This document shows, one piece after another, positions 45,663 through 56,167 of a stretch of DNA of 64,000 nucleotides; position 1 is the stretch's first letter, and each line of letters begins with the position of its first letter. Source of the DNA: an uncultured bacterium (lineage in GTDB: Bacteria > Hydrogenedentota > CAZGCA01 > CBFDCQ01); assembly GCA_965603355.1 (NCBI GenBank), contig CBFDCQ010000001.1:42350-106349 (forward strand). Reading direction: 5' to 3'. Position numbers and translations under genes: made by a program. The notes beneath the pieces are model-generated. The model ran no database searches. It was given only the letters and a program-made list of their open reading frames with translations, and had not been told where the DNA came from.

Positions 45663-46125
45663 CGTCTGACATCTCTCCATGCTTACTGCGCAATTGCGCG
45701 CGGATGAACCCTGCCTGAACAGATACTGCTCCGAAAGCATCCGCGACGATATCGCCCGGGTCACAGCTGCGGTACGATACAAGCTTCTGGACAATCTCGT
45801 TAAATGTGCCAAAGGCTACTGAGAAAACGACAGGAACAACAATAAGTTTCACGGCACGATACGGGCGCTCGGCCTTTCTGAGGCTCATCGCGGCCAGCCA
45901 GCACAGCAGCGCGTAGCCGCAAAAATGGACTATCTTGTCGGCAAAAGGGATGTCAAACAGCCGGTCGCCCGGCACCTCCGCAGCCAGCGACGCCCAGAAA
46001 ATGATTCCAGCCCACACGATGGTGGCAAAGCCGTAACGCGGTTCGAAAATTCTAATCGCCAGTGTCCCTTTTTTTGCGTTCGTGTATGAATCCTTCCCGC
46101 CGCGACGCACACGCCCCGTGCACAT
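45649..46125 (-). CDS. VanZ-like family membrane protein
   Basis: TM pattern and conserved VanZ segments (IVWAGIIFWASL, DKIVHFCGYALL, GTFNEIVQ, DIVADAFGA). The start is uncertain. Confidence 0.5.
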   Translation of the reverse strand: MCTGRVRRGGKDSYTNAKKGTLAIRIFEPRYGFATIVWAGIIFWASLAAEVPGDRLFDIPFADKIVHFCGYALLCWLAAMSLRKAERPYRAVKLIVVPVVFSVAFGTFNEIVQKLVSYRSCDPGDIVADAFGAVSVQAGFIRAQLRSKHGEMSDDVTR

Positions 46126-46183
46126 TTGAGAATCGGACCTGAAGGACCAGTCCGCAACGTGGCTCTCGAGCGAGATATCGTGG

Positions 46184-47101
46184 TTACTCTTTCCACATCG
46201 GGAAGAAGGTCGCAAATTGTCCCGGATGAGCGCCCACATATTTCTCGCACACTTTCGCGTAAGCGCGGGTAAGCTCGCTTACGAGCTCGTTTCTATCGCC
46301 GCCCTGCCGTGGGTGAATCGGTTCCTCGAATATCAGTTCAAACGTGTTATCGGGCTGCCTGATCATAAACCCGGGCACAATGGGAGCGCCCGTCGCAATG
46401 GAGAATCTTGCGGGCCCCACCGGGAACTTCGCACGCTTGCCGAAATACTCGATCTCAATGCCGGTCCCCGTGGGGTCCCTGTCTCCCACAAGACAAATCA
46501 GCTCGTTACGTCTTAGTGCTTCCAGACAGTGCCGTCCACCGCGCGTCAGCGAGTACATCTTGACCCCTTTCCGGGCACGCTGCCTGTTGAACAATCTGTT
46601 GACGCTGTGGTTGTCGTGATCAAGCGCCAGACCCGTCACCGGGTACCCGGCGTCAACCATCTTAACCCCGCCAAGCTCCGTGTTACTCAGATGAGCGCTG
46701 GTTAAGATGACTCCTCTTCCAAGGCTTCTCGCCTCGTCAACATTTTCTAAGCCCAGTACCTTCACACGATCTTCGAGAAAACGTCTGTCTATCCGCGAGT
46801 AACCGAAGAACTCCAGGATGGATTTCCCAAAGTTATTAAACGTCTCCCTTGCAACCTTGTCGATCTCCTCCTCGCTGGCTCCCTCGCCGAGGATGACACG
46901 CAAATTCGCTCTGATCCCCGCTTTGGACGCACGGCTGAGACGGTAGTTCAACCACGCAACCCTGATCGCCAACCAGTATAAGGCCGGCCACGGCAAGGTT
47001 ATCGCAATGAGTTTGACCACAATAAGAGTGAGATACTCAACCATTAAGCGCCGCCACCAAGGTCGATCATTCCGTCCCGAAAAAGAATTCTCCTCTACCA
47101 T
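46184..47101 (-). CDS. lysophospholipid/lipid A acyltransferase, LpxL/HtrB family
   Basis: N-terminal membrane anchor and an LPLAT_LABLAT-like core (GVILTSAHLSNTELGG, PTGTGIEIEYFG...PVGPARFS). Confidence 0.7.
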   Translation of the reverse strand: MVEENSFSGRNDRPWWRRLMVEYLTLIVVKLIAITLPWPALYWLAIRVAWLNYRLSRASKAGIRANLRVILGEGASEEEIDKVARETFNNFGKSILEFFGYSRIDRRFLEDRVKVLGLENVDEARSLGRGVILTSAHLSNTELGGVKMVDAGYPVTGLALDHDNHSVNRLFNRQRARKGVKMYSLTRGGRHCLEALRRNELICLVGDRDPTGTGIEIEYFGKRAKFPVGPARFSIATGAPIVPGFMIRQPDNTFELIFEEPIHPRQGGDRNELVSELTRAYAKVCEKYVGAHPGQFATFFPMWKE

Positions 47102-47333
47102 TTATCTTACCAGAAGTAGGCAAAAAACGCCAGACTATGGAACGTATCGTCGAGGCCATGGCCGAGAGCTACGGAGAGAACGGGACCCGAGATGGCGGCG
47201 CGAATGCAGGTGACTTGTGGAACTTGTCATGAAGAAAGTAGCGTTGGCGCGCTCGCGAGCGTGAGCCGAACTGACTCGGATTCGTTTCCGTCTTCCGGAC
47301 TACATCCGGTCGGGATGTCTTCTTGCGCCTGGC

Positions 47334-50219
47334 CTATTTCGGACCGGCTTTGTCCTCGACTATGTCGCGCAGCGGTTGCCAATCCTTCGTGGTCTTGAGG
47401 CCTTCAGCAATCTCCCGGGTAGCGACCAGGTCGTCCTCCGAGCTTCTGAGGACGGTGGGCGTGATGAAGACGACGAGTTCCACTGTTTCGTGTATGGAAT
47501 CCTTCTTTCTGAACGGTATGCCGAGCACCGGGATATGGCCGAGTATCGGAACCCGCCGGATTTGCTCGGTGTCGGTATTTCGTACGATTCCACCGACGAC
47601 CATCGTGTCACCGCTCTTGACAGCCAGCTCCGTGTTGAACAGTCGCTTATCGATGACCGGGGCGCCTCCGATGTCCTCGCCCGCCCGAATCTGAGATGCT
47701 TCGAGTTCCACCTTCATTACCGCTTTGTCTATGTCGTTTATGTTCGGAGTGATTTTCAGCTTGGTCCCGGCCTCCTTCGGCGAGAACGACTGAGTCACGC
47801 CACCCTGTGGAGTCGCCTGACTGGTCGTGGGGTACAGGAACTCGGTCCCCGCAAATATGTCGCCCGGCTCGTTGTTGTTCATGACAAGAGTCGGCACTGC
47901 GAGGACGCGTGTATCAGAGTGGCGTTGCAGAAACTGAACCAGCAAGTTAACGCTGACATCGCCCCTGAGGATGGCGTTTCCGCGGATGTCCTCCCACGTT
48001 ACACCGAACGTGGACATCAGACCGTTATCAAAGTCGCTGCTCGAAAAGGCGCCCTGGCTCGAGCTGAACCGAGTGCCGATCCGAGATTCCCTGGTTGTTG
48101 TAATTTCGACCAGACGCACCCGGACCTGGACCTTCGGCGATTCGACATCAAGTTTCTGGATCAGTTCCTTCAGCAGTTCGAAATTCTGGACCGCGGTTGT
48201 AACGAGAAGAGAGTTGGTGCGCGTATCGGGTACGACACGGACCTGTCCGATCAGATTACTGATTGCGCGCTCCTCCTTCTTCTGCGGAGAGCCGTAGAGC
48301 CAGGCGAACTGCGTGCTTCGCGCCTCTTCCTCCTCAGTCTGACGTCTTTCGGGCATGCGAGCGCCCTCACGGGCAAACAGGCCATTCAGTTGGTCGGCGA
48401 CAGCGCTCGCCTTGGCGTTCTTCAGAGTCACAACCATCGTGTTGGCGGCATCGGGACTGAACTTGTCCAGATCCGTGATGAACTTACCAATTATCTTGAA
48501 GTTTTCCTTGTTATTCGTCGTCACAATGATCGAGTTGGTTGTGGTTTCAGGCACGAAACGCACTTTACCGTACAGCCTGCCCACCTCCTCCTTTGTGCCT
48601 CCGTACCGCCCGAACATATAGTCGTAATACCCACTGGTACCCGCCGTATCTTCCGCACCGAATATCTTATTCAAGACGTCGGTCATCTCCTTGGCGTCGA
48701 CGTAGCGTATCCGGAAGATGCGTGGAGCCACCTGCTCCGCATCGATCGGCTGATCGAGCTTTTCAATCAACTTGCTGATCTTCTCGAACTCGCTCGGCTT
48801 AGCTATTGCGATGACCGAGTTGGTACGACGTTCCGGGACAAACCGGGTCTTCGCCTGCTGCTGCCGCCGCGGGTAGTAAAACATCATGGAGTAATAGTCC
48901 TGCTGCATGCCGCTATAGAGGCTGTTCATCTGCTCGGAGATATCCTCGGCATCGGCGTATTCCAGCGGGTACGTCTTGGTCATAGTCTGGACCGACTCCT
49001 CGGTGTCCAGCTCGTCAACGACATCCTTGATCAGCGCGAAGTTCTCTGCCGAACTCAGCACCAGCAGAGAGCCCGAGCGGTCGTCGGCCGTGATCTCGAC
49101 CATATCCCGCACACGTTTTTCAGGGCGCCTCCTGAAGAGAGACGTTAGTTGCGACGCCAGGTCCCTGGCATCGGCGTACTTGAGCATCAGGGACCGCATC
49201 TGCAACTCCTGCGGTCGCGCTCTGTCGAGCTCATCGACAAGGCTCTTCGCTTTGCCGGTCAGCTCTTTCGGGACGACCACGACAAGCCAGTTCGCGGCCT
49301 TATACGGCACGACTTCCACCCCGCCGCCGCCCGGCGGCGCACCGCCCGGTTTGCCTGGCTGGGGTCTTCCGTCCGGCGGCTTGCCTTGTTTGGGCTTGCC
49401 CGGCTGTGCACCACCGGCCTTCTGCGCGAGCGCGCCGAGCACGGACTTAAGGATTGGCGCAATGGCTTCGGCATCGGCCTGCTTCAGCTCGAATATCTGC
49501 ACCTGCCTCTGATCGCTGGTCAGGACGTCCAGTTGCGCAACCACAGCTTCGATGTTAGCGACACGATTGGCGCTGTCAGTAACGATGATCTGTTTCGATG
49601 ACGGATGTGCCAACATCGACCCGGTCCCGCTCAAGAGCTCTTTGACGAGTTTCTCGATCTCCGCGACATCCGCGAATCGAATCGGTATGGATTTCCTGAC
49701 TATTCCCCCCGGCAGCTCTTCGACTCCTGCCGGCAGAAGTTCAACGACAGTCTCTTTGAGGAGCTCGGCGGGTATTAGTTTGATGGTGTCGTTGCTCGCG
49801 ACGACCGCCACCTTCTCCAGGAGCAATGCCTCACAAATCAGCGCAAACGCTTTCTCCTTGCTCACCTTCTCCGGGCTGAAGACGTTTAGTTGCGCCTTGA
49901 CGTCCTTATGTTTCACGACGAACTTGCCGGTGATCTCGGCTATGAATTTCACCACCTGGTCGACGGGTACGTTATTGAGATTCACTGGAACCTTGTCAGG
50001 GTCCGTCTCTTCAGCGGCGGCTTCCTCGGCCTCCGGGCTCTCCGGCAGGGCGGTTTCCGGGGTTTCCCCAGTCTCGTCGGCGGCAACCGCCTCGCTCTCA
50101 ACCTCACTCACCTCCTGAGCGAAGATAAGTGTGGGCGAAAGTGACAAGAACCAGGCCATTATCACGAACAGCACGCCAAATCGGTGGATGTTTCTTCTGG
50201 CACGTTTCATTGTTATCAC
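47334..50219 (-). CDS. gspD: type II secretion system secretin GspD
   Basis: 961 aa. Signal peptide, N0/N1-like repeats, a Pro/Gly-rich linker (PGKPKQGKPPDGRPQPGKPGGAPPGGGG), and the C-terminal secretin domain (VMVVGGIVRNTDTEQIRRVPILGHIPVLGIPFRKKD...VVFITPTVL). Confidence 0.9.
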   Translation of the reverse strand: MITMKRARRNIHRFGVLFVIMAWFLSLSPTLIFAQEVSEVESEAVAADETGETPETALPESPEAEEAAAEETDPDKVPVNLNNVPVDQVVKFIAEITGKFVVKHKDVKAQLNVFSPEKVSKEKAFALICEALLLEKVAVVASNDTIKLIPAELLKETVVELLPAGVEELPGGIVRKSIPIRFADVAEIEKLVKELLSGTGSMLAHPSSKQIIVTDSANRVANIEAVVAQLDVLTSDQRQVQIFELKQADAEAIAPILKSVLGALAQKAGGAQPGKPKQGKPPDGRPQPGKPGGAPPGGGGVEVVPYKAANWLVVVVPKELTGKAKSLVDELDRARPQELQMRSLMLKYADARDLASQLTSLFRRRPEKRVRDMVEITADDRSGSLLVLSSAENFALIKDVVDELDTEESVQTMTKTYPLEYADAEDISEQMNSLYSGMQQDYYSMMFYYPRRQQQAKTRFVPERRTNSVIAIAKPSEFEKISKLIEKLDQPIDAEQVAPRIFRIRYVDAKEMTDVLNKIFGAEDTAGTSGYYDYMFGRYGGTKEEVGRLYGKVRFVPETTTNSIIVTTNNKENFKIIGKFITDLDKFSPDAANTMVVTLKNAKASAVADQLNGLFAREGARMPERRQTEEEEARSTQFAWLYGSPQKKEERAISNLIGQVRVVPDTRTNSLLVTTAVQNFELLKELIQKLDVESPKVQVRVRLVEITTTRESRIGTRFSSSQGAFSSSDFDNGLMSTFGVTWEDIRGNAILRGDVSVNLLVQFLQRHSDTRVLAVPTLVMNNNEPGDIFAGTEFLYPTTSQATPQGGVTQSFSPKEAGTKLKITPNINDIDKAVMKVELEASQIRAGEDIGGAPVIDKRLFNTELAVKSGDTMVVGGIVRNTDTEQIRRVPILGHIPVLGIPFRKKDSIHETVELVVFITPTVLRSSEDDLVATREIAEGLKTTKDWQPLRDIVEDKAGPK

Positions 50220-50241
50220 CCCTCTTGCTTGCTCTCTGCCA

Positions 50242-50955
50242 TCATTCCTCTATGGTAGAATACCTTCTCAAGGATCTTAGACCAACCGATCCGCCGCGCC
50301 TGGGCTGGACCGGTTCCGTACTCGCCGCGTCCGGCGAAGTTTGTTGTTGCACCTCAGCGCCCGGGGGACTTTGTTGCGGCGGCTCAGCGACGGCTGGCCT
50401 CGGACCTCCGGGTCCGGGTACCGGCCCCGGTCCGGGCATCCCACGCGGTCCCGGCGCCCCGGGCGGCCCTCCTTGTTGCCCCGGCGCCCCCTGCTTGAGT
50501 TCCGGAAAGACCGTTATAGTTTTCTGCTTGCCCTCGATCTCGACGACCACCTTATCACTGCCGATCTCGACGAGCTTGCCCCCTTGAGGAAGCTGCGTTC
50601 CGACCTCATACAATTTCGCGTCTTTCGGCGAAGTGCCGAGCAGCGCGCGGTTGCCCATCACGCCCATCAGCATCAATTTTGGCGGCCGCGCCTGCACCTT
50701 TGTCCCTATGACACCTTTCTCGAAGATGACATCGTATGCCTCGATGGTCCTCGCTACATTTCTCTCCGGCGGCGCACCGCTGCTACTTCTCAAGTACTGC
50801 GCCAGCCTCCTTCCAAGAGGCAGCGTGAGGCCGAAACGCACGCCCTGAACAAGCAGCAGGACCGCCATAACAGCGGCGAGCGCCAGCAAACACTTGTCCG
50901 GGCCCCATTCTCGCAACTTCGCTAATGCTCGTGCAGCAACGTCCCTCATGATCAC
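50242..50955 (-). CDS. T2SS-associated bitopic protein, GspC/GspN/PilP-like
   Basis: One TM helix (CLLALAAVMAVLLLV), a beta-rich periplasmic domain, and a Pro/Gly-rich C-terminus. Located between the gspM-like gene and gspD. Confidence 0.45.
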   Translation of the reverse strand: MIMRDVAARALAKLREWGPDKCLLALAAVMAVLLLVQGVRFGLTLPLGRRLAQYLRSSSGAPPERNVARTIEAYDVIFEKGVIGTKVQARPPKLMLMGVMGNRALLGTSPKDAKLYEVGTQLPQGGKLVEIGSDKVVVEIEGKQKTITVFPELKQGAPGQQGGPPGAPGPRGMPGPGPVPGPGGPRPAVAEPPQQSPPGAEVQQQTSPDAASTEPVQPRRGGSVGLRSLRRYSTIEE

Positions 50956-51665
50956 CCCGCTATTGCCTCATATCCCACGACATCGAGGGTGGTCGCGACG
51001 TTACCACCCTTCTTAAGATCACGACGCAACTGGATACTCTCGACTCGGATGAGTCGTTCCCCCTTCTCGATCGCGTACAGCAGTTTGATTAGGTTCTCGA
51101 TGTTGCTCTCGATATTGACCTTCAGCGCTACCGCACCAAAATGCTTGTTGCTTTTCCCGGCGCTGGCACGTTTCCTGGGCGAAATCCGTTTGATATTCAC
51201 TCCGGATGTCTTGGCAATTCGTTCAAGATGCGCGGCCAGACAAACGCCGCTCGATCCCGTCCCGGAGTTCTGTTCTACGGCCACTGCCGCAGGATCGGCA
51301 GTCTCCTCGGCTGGAGAAGGTTCTTTCTCGGTTTCTCCGGGGTTGCCGCCTTCGGCGTCCGCAGCCGACTCCCCTGACCCGGGCATCGCCGCGTCAGGAC
51401 GCTTTTGAACCGCCAAGTCCTCCGGGCAGGTCAACGCGCCGAGCCTGCTGACCAGAACGTTCCGCGTCCTCACGAGAGAACCCTGTCGGCGCGCACGCTC
51501 GCGAAGCTCTGTTATTTGCCGAAGTCTTGGTTTGAGGTCGTTTCCCCTCCAGGACCATGCTCGTGCCAGCGGCGCAACAACATACGCGTATAGAACGACC
51601 AATCCTACAATTATTGCTCCGATAACAGCCGCCTTCTTCTCTCTACCCGTGAGATTCATCGTCAC
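50952..51665 (-). CDS. GspM/PilO-like bitopic protein
   Basis: N-terminal TM helix (AAVIGAIIVGLVVLYAYVV), a coiled-coil segment, and a C-terminal periplasmic domain. 4-nt overlaps on both sides. Confidence 0.45.
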   Translation of the reverse strand: MTMNLTGREKKAAVIGAIIVGLVVLYAYVVAPLARAWSWRGNDLKPRLRQITELRERARRQGSLVRTRNVLVSRLGALTCPEDLAVQKRPDAAMPGSGESAADAEGGNPGETEKEPSPAEETADPAAVAVEQNSGTGSSGVCLAAHLERIAKTSGVNIKRISPRKRASAGKSNKHFGAVALKVNIESNIENLIKLLYAIEKGERLIRVESIQLRRDLKKGGNVATTLDVVGYEAIAG

Positions 51666-53095
51666 CTACCTCCCAAGCCCCCTCTCAACTCGCACGTAAT
51701 CTGAAAATTGAACTCTTTTTCTCCCCGCGTCGCTCCCCGGAAGCTCGGGTTTGCCAGCAACTTCGATGCGCGCATTGCGGATATCGCTTTGTCCGACGCC
51801 TCCTCCACGGATTTCGTTTTTCCCGCAATCGTCACCTCTCCCTTTGCAGTGATCTTCAATATTTCAACCTTAATACCACCCGGCAGCGCCTCCGTGATGG
51901 GAATGAGCGCATCCAGGATCGATCGCTGACGCCTGCTCTCGTACTGGAGGATGTCCACCTCGTCCTCCACGCTTGTCAGGTCTTGCAGGAGGGGGCGGCT
52001 ATCTTCGATGGTACGTTTGGCAGCACTCATCTGAGCAGCCCGCACACCGAACGCCGCCGCAATCAGTTCCACAAGAAGCAGAGCGTTTGCGCATATAAGC
52101 GCGACCCTCTTATTGCGCAGGTTAACCTCTCTGAATCTCCTCGCCTGCCGACGCAGCGCAGGGGCAGCCGCTCGCTCACCACGCAACCTGTGGTGCGCCG
52201 CGATCAGCGCACCGACGCACTCGGGGTATCTTTCAAGCAGCTCACCACCCACAGTCGCAGATTCGGGTACGTGCACGATTTCAGGAAGAGCGGCCTGTTC
52301 AACGGGTCGCTTCAGACGTGCCCCCAGTGCGTCAACGAACCCTTCGACACCCATCCCCTCACCGGCGACAAGAACGCGTTCAGGCCCATCTCCTCCCGTG
52401 CGCAGCAGATAATCGTATAGGGACTGGTCCAGCTCATTGACCAGCCCGGAAACCCACGTGGCGTCCGGGCGTCCGTCTCCAGTCGGCGCCATGTCCAACG
52501 AAATACGGCGCACGTAGCGCAGCTTGCCCGCATGCGCTATCGCCAGGGTAGCTCTCTTTGCTCCGACACTGACCAAGGCGACGGTATCGACCGCCGGGCC
52601 ACACGCGACGGCCAACTCAGCCAGGCACGTCCCATCGAACTCGACGCTGGTGCAGCGCTTCTTTTTCGCGCGCAGTTCTCCCTCTGCCTCCTCAATCTCG
52701 GCGTTGCGGGTAGCGATCACCAGGACGGTTCCGGCGTCTGTACCCCCGTTGTCCTGTCGCTCCCACACCCACGTGCTTTCTGCGACAGGGTAGGGGAGTT
52801 CTGTTTCGAGACGCAAAGCCACCATCCGGCGCATCTCGTCGGACGACGCATCCGGCACTTCGATCGATCGGCAGACCGCCGTGTCGGAACTCGACACGAG
52901 AACCACGTCGCCGTTGTTTGCAAACTCCGCGAAATCCGGCCCCGAGGAGGCGGCACTCGCTTCGTCAGCGCTTTTCAGGATCTCGGCTCGCGATACGGTG
53001 ACGCGGTCGCCGCCTACCTCGGCCTCAACCGCTTTCCACTCCTTACCACTGGTCCGTTCCAGGACCAGTACGCGGCGATTCTTCACAGTCTGCAA
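51662..53095 (-). CDS. GspL-like (or PilM-PilN fusion) inner-membrane assembly protein
   Basis: Cytoplasmic domain of about 330 aa, one TM helix (VALICANALLLVELIAAAFGV), and a periplasmic domain of about 120 aa. Correct position for gspL. Confidence 0.55.
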   Translation of the reverse strand: MQTVKNRRVLVLERTSGKEWKAVEAEVGGDRVTVSRAEILKSADEASAASSGPDFAEFANNGDVVLVSSSDTAVCRSIEVPDASSDEMRRMVALRLETELPYPVAESTWVWERQDNGGTDAGTVLVIATRNAEIEEAEGELRAKKKRCTSVEFDGTCLAELAVACGPAVDTVALVSVGAKRATLAIAHAGKLRYVRRISLDMAPTGDGRPDATWVSGLVNELDQSLYDYLLRTGGDGPERVLVAGEGMGVEGFVDALGARLKRPVEQAALPEIVHVPESATVGGELLERYPECVGALIAAHHRLRGERAAAPALRRQARRFREVNLRNKRVALICANALLLVELIAAAFGVRAAQMSAAKRTIEDSRPLLQDLTSVEDEVDILQYESRRQRSILDALIPITEALPGGIKVEILKITAKGEVTIAGKTKSVEEASDKAISAMRASKLLANPSFRGATRGEKEFNFQITCELRGGLGGR

Positions 53096-53135
53096 AGCTC
53101 ACCCCTCTCGGTTCGTCCCGTCGATTCTCCTCGGA

Positions 53136-54659
53136 CTATTCCAGTTCACGCCAATACCCAATCTTCACCTGATTCTCAGTTCGGTCAATAACGGCGCTAA
53201 CACAGCAGTACGTATTTCCGGTCCCAACAACGCCGAACGATCGGACATTGAATACGTCCGATCTGGCGCTAATGTGCGGCCATACCTCCTTGAATACCTC
53301 CAACGTTATCCCATCAACATCGAGCAGCTCTGCCTCCGTCTGGAAACCGGTCTTGCGCCCTTGTCGCGACTGTACAATCTGCCGCGCGAGAGCATCATCA
53401 AGCCCGGGCAGGCAAGCGAGCACTTCGCGGGGTGCGGTGTTGATGTTGACAACGCCTTTTCGCACTTCGCCCTCTGCCGTCGTTACCAGGTCGGCGATCT
53501 GCCGGAACTTTCCCATGTCGAAAGCTTTCTGGCCGGTTCCTTGCGTGGCCGTCTGCTGTTGTCTCTGTTCGCCGCGCCCAGCGCGTTCCGACTCATCCGG
53601 TTGCTCTGGCCTCGGCCGGCCGGGCTCCGACCGACTCTCAGGTTCCCCCTCGGTCTCCTCCTCCTCGTCGCCATTGCCCTCGGGCTTTTCCTCTTCTCCC
53701 CCAGCCTGAGGAGGCCCACCCCTCGGCCCTTCCCGTTCCGGCCCTCCCTCTCTTCTTTCTCTCCCGTCCGGCCTGTCCGGCTGCTCCTCGGGCTTTTTCT
53801 CCACGAGTTCGACATCCAGCAAGTCCACAATTGCGGCGAACTTGTTCTTCTCACGATGCGCCACGATGGACTCGGCTTCCTGAGAGGATATGCCGGTTAC
53901 CGATTTGGCGATATCCTCCGCGCCGGCGCTATTCAGGTCGACACGTTTGTTTCCGTCGGCGGTGACGTTGCGTGCCGCGGACCACGTCGTGAGATACGCC
54001 GTAAGGCCCTCGTCGAGCACGCCGTCAGCGTCGTCCGGCGGCCAACTCTGGTCACCGTCATTCTCGTTCGGGTCAAGAAGACCGTTACTGTTCTGATCCT
54101 CACCATACAATACAAGAAAGTCAACGTTCTCAAGCAGGAGCAAGTCATTCAAATCGTGAAGCTCTTCCTGCTTTCTCAGGGCCAATATCCCGGCCACAAG
54201 ATCCGCATCCATCCTGGGCACCACGTCCAATATCGACTCCTCTGCGGTATTCACATTGATCTTCGCCGCTTCGTCCCCAATACCATAGACCGGCTCGCCG
54301 GCAGTATCCATTCCCACGTAAAGAGTGTACGATCCGTCGCCAAGCTCGACGTTCTGGTAGACGCGCGTCTGGCTTTCCCGGAGGTCCGCCTGTGCTTGCA
54401 CCTTGTTCCTCCCTTCAACCAACTCGGCGATAGTCCTCTCCACGCCTGCTCGAGCCAGGAATAGGGCCTTTGCAGCACCGCTCGTGCTTGCCGTCACCTG
54501 CATGCGGAGGTGCGACGAGAACTTCAGCTCCAGGGCCACCGCGCAAAGGATCGCCATAATCCAGAGCACGAACACCAACGCCATACCGCGCTCGGACGGC
54601 CCTCTATTGAGCCATGATCGGGACCGTTGTATTGAACACCATCGGGTTTTCGATCTCAT
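53136..54659 (-). CDS. gspK: T2SS minor pseudopilin GspK
   Basis: GspK N-terminus ERGMALVFVLWIMAILCAVALEL, large periplasmic domain, and C-terminal helix-hairpin-helix-like segments (NINTAPREVLACLPGL). The start was trimmed to an internal Met. Confidence 0.65.
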   Translation of the reverse strand: MRSKTRWCSIQRSRSWLNRGPSERGMALVFVLWIMAILCAVALELKFSSHLRMQVTASTSGAAKALFLARAGVERTIAELVEGRNKVQAQADLRESQTRVYQNVELGDGSYTLYVGMDTAGEPVYGIGDEAAKINVNTAEESILDVVPRMDADLVAGILALRKQEELHDLNDLLLLENVDFLVLYGEDQNSNGLLDPNENDGDQSWPPDDADGVLDEGLTAYLTTWSAARNVTADGNKRVDLNSAGAEDIAKSVTGISSQEAESIVAHREKNKFAAIVDLLDVELVEKKPEEQPDRPDGRERREGGPEREGPRGGPPQAGGEEEKPEGNGDEEEETEGEPESRSEPGRPRPEQPDESERAGRGEQRQQQTATQGTGQKAFDMGKFRQIADLVTTAEGEVRKGVVNINTAPREVLACLPGLDDALARQIVQSRQGRKTGFQTEAELLDVDGITLEVFKEVWPHISARSDVFNVRSFGVVGTGNTYCCVSAVIDRTENQVKIGYWRELE

Positions 54660-55218
54660 CTTCGTCCACCACAACAATCTGAATGCGCACTGCTTTGGGA
54701 AAACCCGGTTTCTCTTGCCAACCGGACTCCCAATACAGCCCGTCATAGAATTCCAGGTTAAGCTCGGACACTTGCGGGCCGGCGAGCGAGACCGCACCTC
54801 CCTCAAGCGGGTCGTCGTCAAGCGAGCCGTCCTCCCGGCGCAGCAACCACTGTGCGTCGGTTTTGGAATCGTTCTCAACATAATAGCCTATCTCGCAACG
54901 GCCGCTCACGCCGGGTTCCCCCTTGGCCAGTCGTACCCGGTCGGCGGCGACAAAATCAAGCGTATCGGCGGTCAGGCCTTCGAACTCGGCATCAAGTGAG
55001 GTCATTTGAGTATTGCCGTGTTCGACGGCCGCGCGGATGTCGGTAGCCATCGCCTGGAGCGCCGCCTGTCCGTGGGTTATCATAGCGCCGTAACGCCTGG
55101 CTTTCGCCGCCGATCGAGTCCCCGTAGTAAGGGCTGCGAATCCAGCTGCCGCCAGGAGCGCCAACATGCTCGTAGTGACGAGTAATTCAACAAGTGTAAA
55201 GCCGCGTCGAAACCTCAT
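54604..55218 (-). CDS. gspJ: T2SS minor pseudopilin GspJ-like
   Basis: Prepilin motif MRFRRGFTLVELLVTTSMLALL. Its ATG overlaps the gspI stop (ATGA). The track ORF is longer because it lacks an upstream stop. Confidence 0.65.
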   Translation of the reverse strand: MRFRRGFTLVELLVTTSMLALLAAAGFAALTTGTRSAAKARRYGAMITHGQAALQAMATDIRAAVEHGNTQMTSLDAEFEGLTADTLDFVAADRVRLAKGEPGVSGRCEIGYYVENDSKTDAQWLLRREDGSLDDDPLEGGAVSLAGPQVSELNLEFYDGLYWESGWQEKPGFPKAVRIQIVVVDEDEIENPMVFNTTVPIMAQ

Positions 55219-55598
55219 AGTTGAAGCCGCTCCGCGACGAGCGTCGTCAGCACGTACTCCTTCTCGCGCCCGCGCTCGTTCCAGGTAACCAGAATACGCA
55301 ATAACATCAACCCAACCTGATCCGTGTCCTCGATATCGTAGCTCCACGAGTGACGTGGGTACTCCTGGCCGAAGTCGCCGCTGTCGCTGCTCGCGTAAAG
55401 CTCTCCCTCGGCGATCACCTCCTCGACAAGCCCTTGCGCCAGGTAGACGGCCTGCGTGTGGGCGAGCGATGCCGAGGTGGATTGCAGGCACGTCGTGAAC
55501 AGCTCCATCGTGCCCAGCACACCGATTCCGAAGATGGTCAGCGCAGCAACCATTTCGACCAGTGAATATCCTCCCGACCGGCGCCTGCGCATCATCAT
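55215..55598 (-). CDS. gspI: T2SS minor pseudopilin GspI-like
   Basis: MMMRRRRSGGYSLVEMVAALTIFGIGVL prepilin-type N-terminus. 127 aa. Confidence 0.7.
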   Translation of the reverse strand: MMMRRRRSGGYSLVEMVAALTIFGIGVLGTMELFTTCLQSTSASLAHTQAVYLAQGLVEEVIAEGELYASSDSGDFGQEYPRHSWSYDIEDTDQVGLMLLRILVTWNERGREKEYVLTTLVAERLQL

Positions 55599-56167
55599 AA
55601 GAGCACCTCTCTGCCGCGTACCTCGCCGGTGGCACCGAGAATATTGATCTCAAAACGCTCGCCACGCATACTCGTCAGCTCAATCAGTGCATCTTCCGTT
55701 CCACCGTCGCTCCGGAACGTTATTACCTCCCAGGGTTGGGACTCAGCGGTACTGAAGGGAGATGCCTCTCCGCGGGTGACGATCAGTTGGGTTCCCTCCG
55801 GCAGTTCCATAGTCGCCAGGGTTTGCGTCTCCGACTCATTTGGCTCAGCCAACCACGGCAACGAGCTCCTGTACGCCGAAACCCAACACAATCTCCGGCC
55901 GGCATCGAGATTAACAACCACAGGTCGGTGCCGTGTCACGGCGGACATGTACGCGAAGTTCAGAACCTCACAAACCTGATTGCCCGTTCTCCTGAATCCG
56001 GTCCCTCGCAAAGCGGCAGCAATCGAAGGCACGATCATGGCGGAAAACATCGATATGATGACCAGCACCACCATCAACTCGATGAGCGTGAAACCGCGCA
56101 CCGGTCTTGCTCCATTTCCGCAGCCGTCGGTCCGGATTTCGAAACGACTAATACTCTTCACCTTCAA
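55595..56167 (-). CDS. gspH: T2SS minor pseudopilin GspH-like
   Basis: RGFTLIELMVVLVIISMF prepilin motif. The start codon is uncertain (TTG or GTG alternatives). Confidence 0.65.
   Translation of the reverse strand: MKVKSISRFEIRTDGCGNGARPVRGFTLIELMVVLVIISMFSAMIVPSIAAALRGTGFRRTGNQVCEVLNFAYMSAVTRHRPVVVNLDAGRRLCWVSAYRSSLPWLAEPNESETQTLATMELPEGTQLIVTRGEASPFSTAESQPWEVITFRSDGGTEDALIELTSMRGERFEINILGATGEVRGREVLL

Noticed and set aside
47376-49148. 590-aa plus-strand ORF
   Set aside because: Antisense to the secretin gene gspD, whose secretin domain is unambiguous.
52881-54464. 527-aa plus-strand ORF (and 52532..53191, 53248..53709)
   Set aside because: Low-complexity Ser/Pro/Arg-rich translations antisense to the gspL-like and gspK genes. 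The minus strand carries the GspK N-terminal signature.
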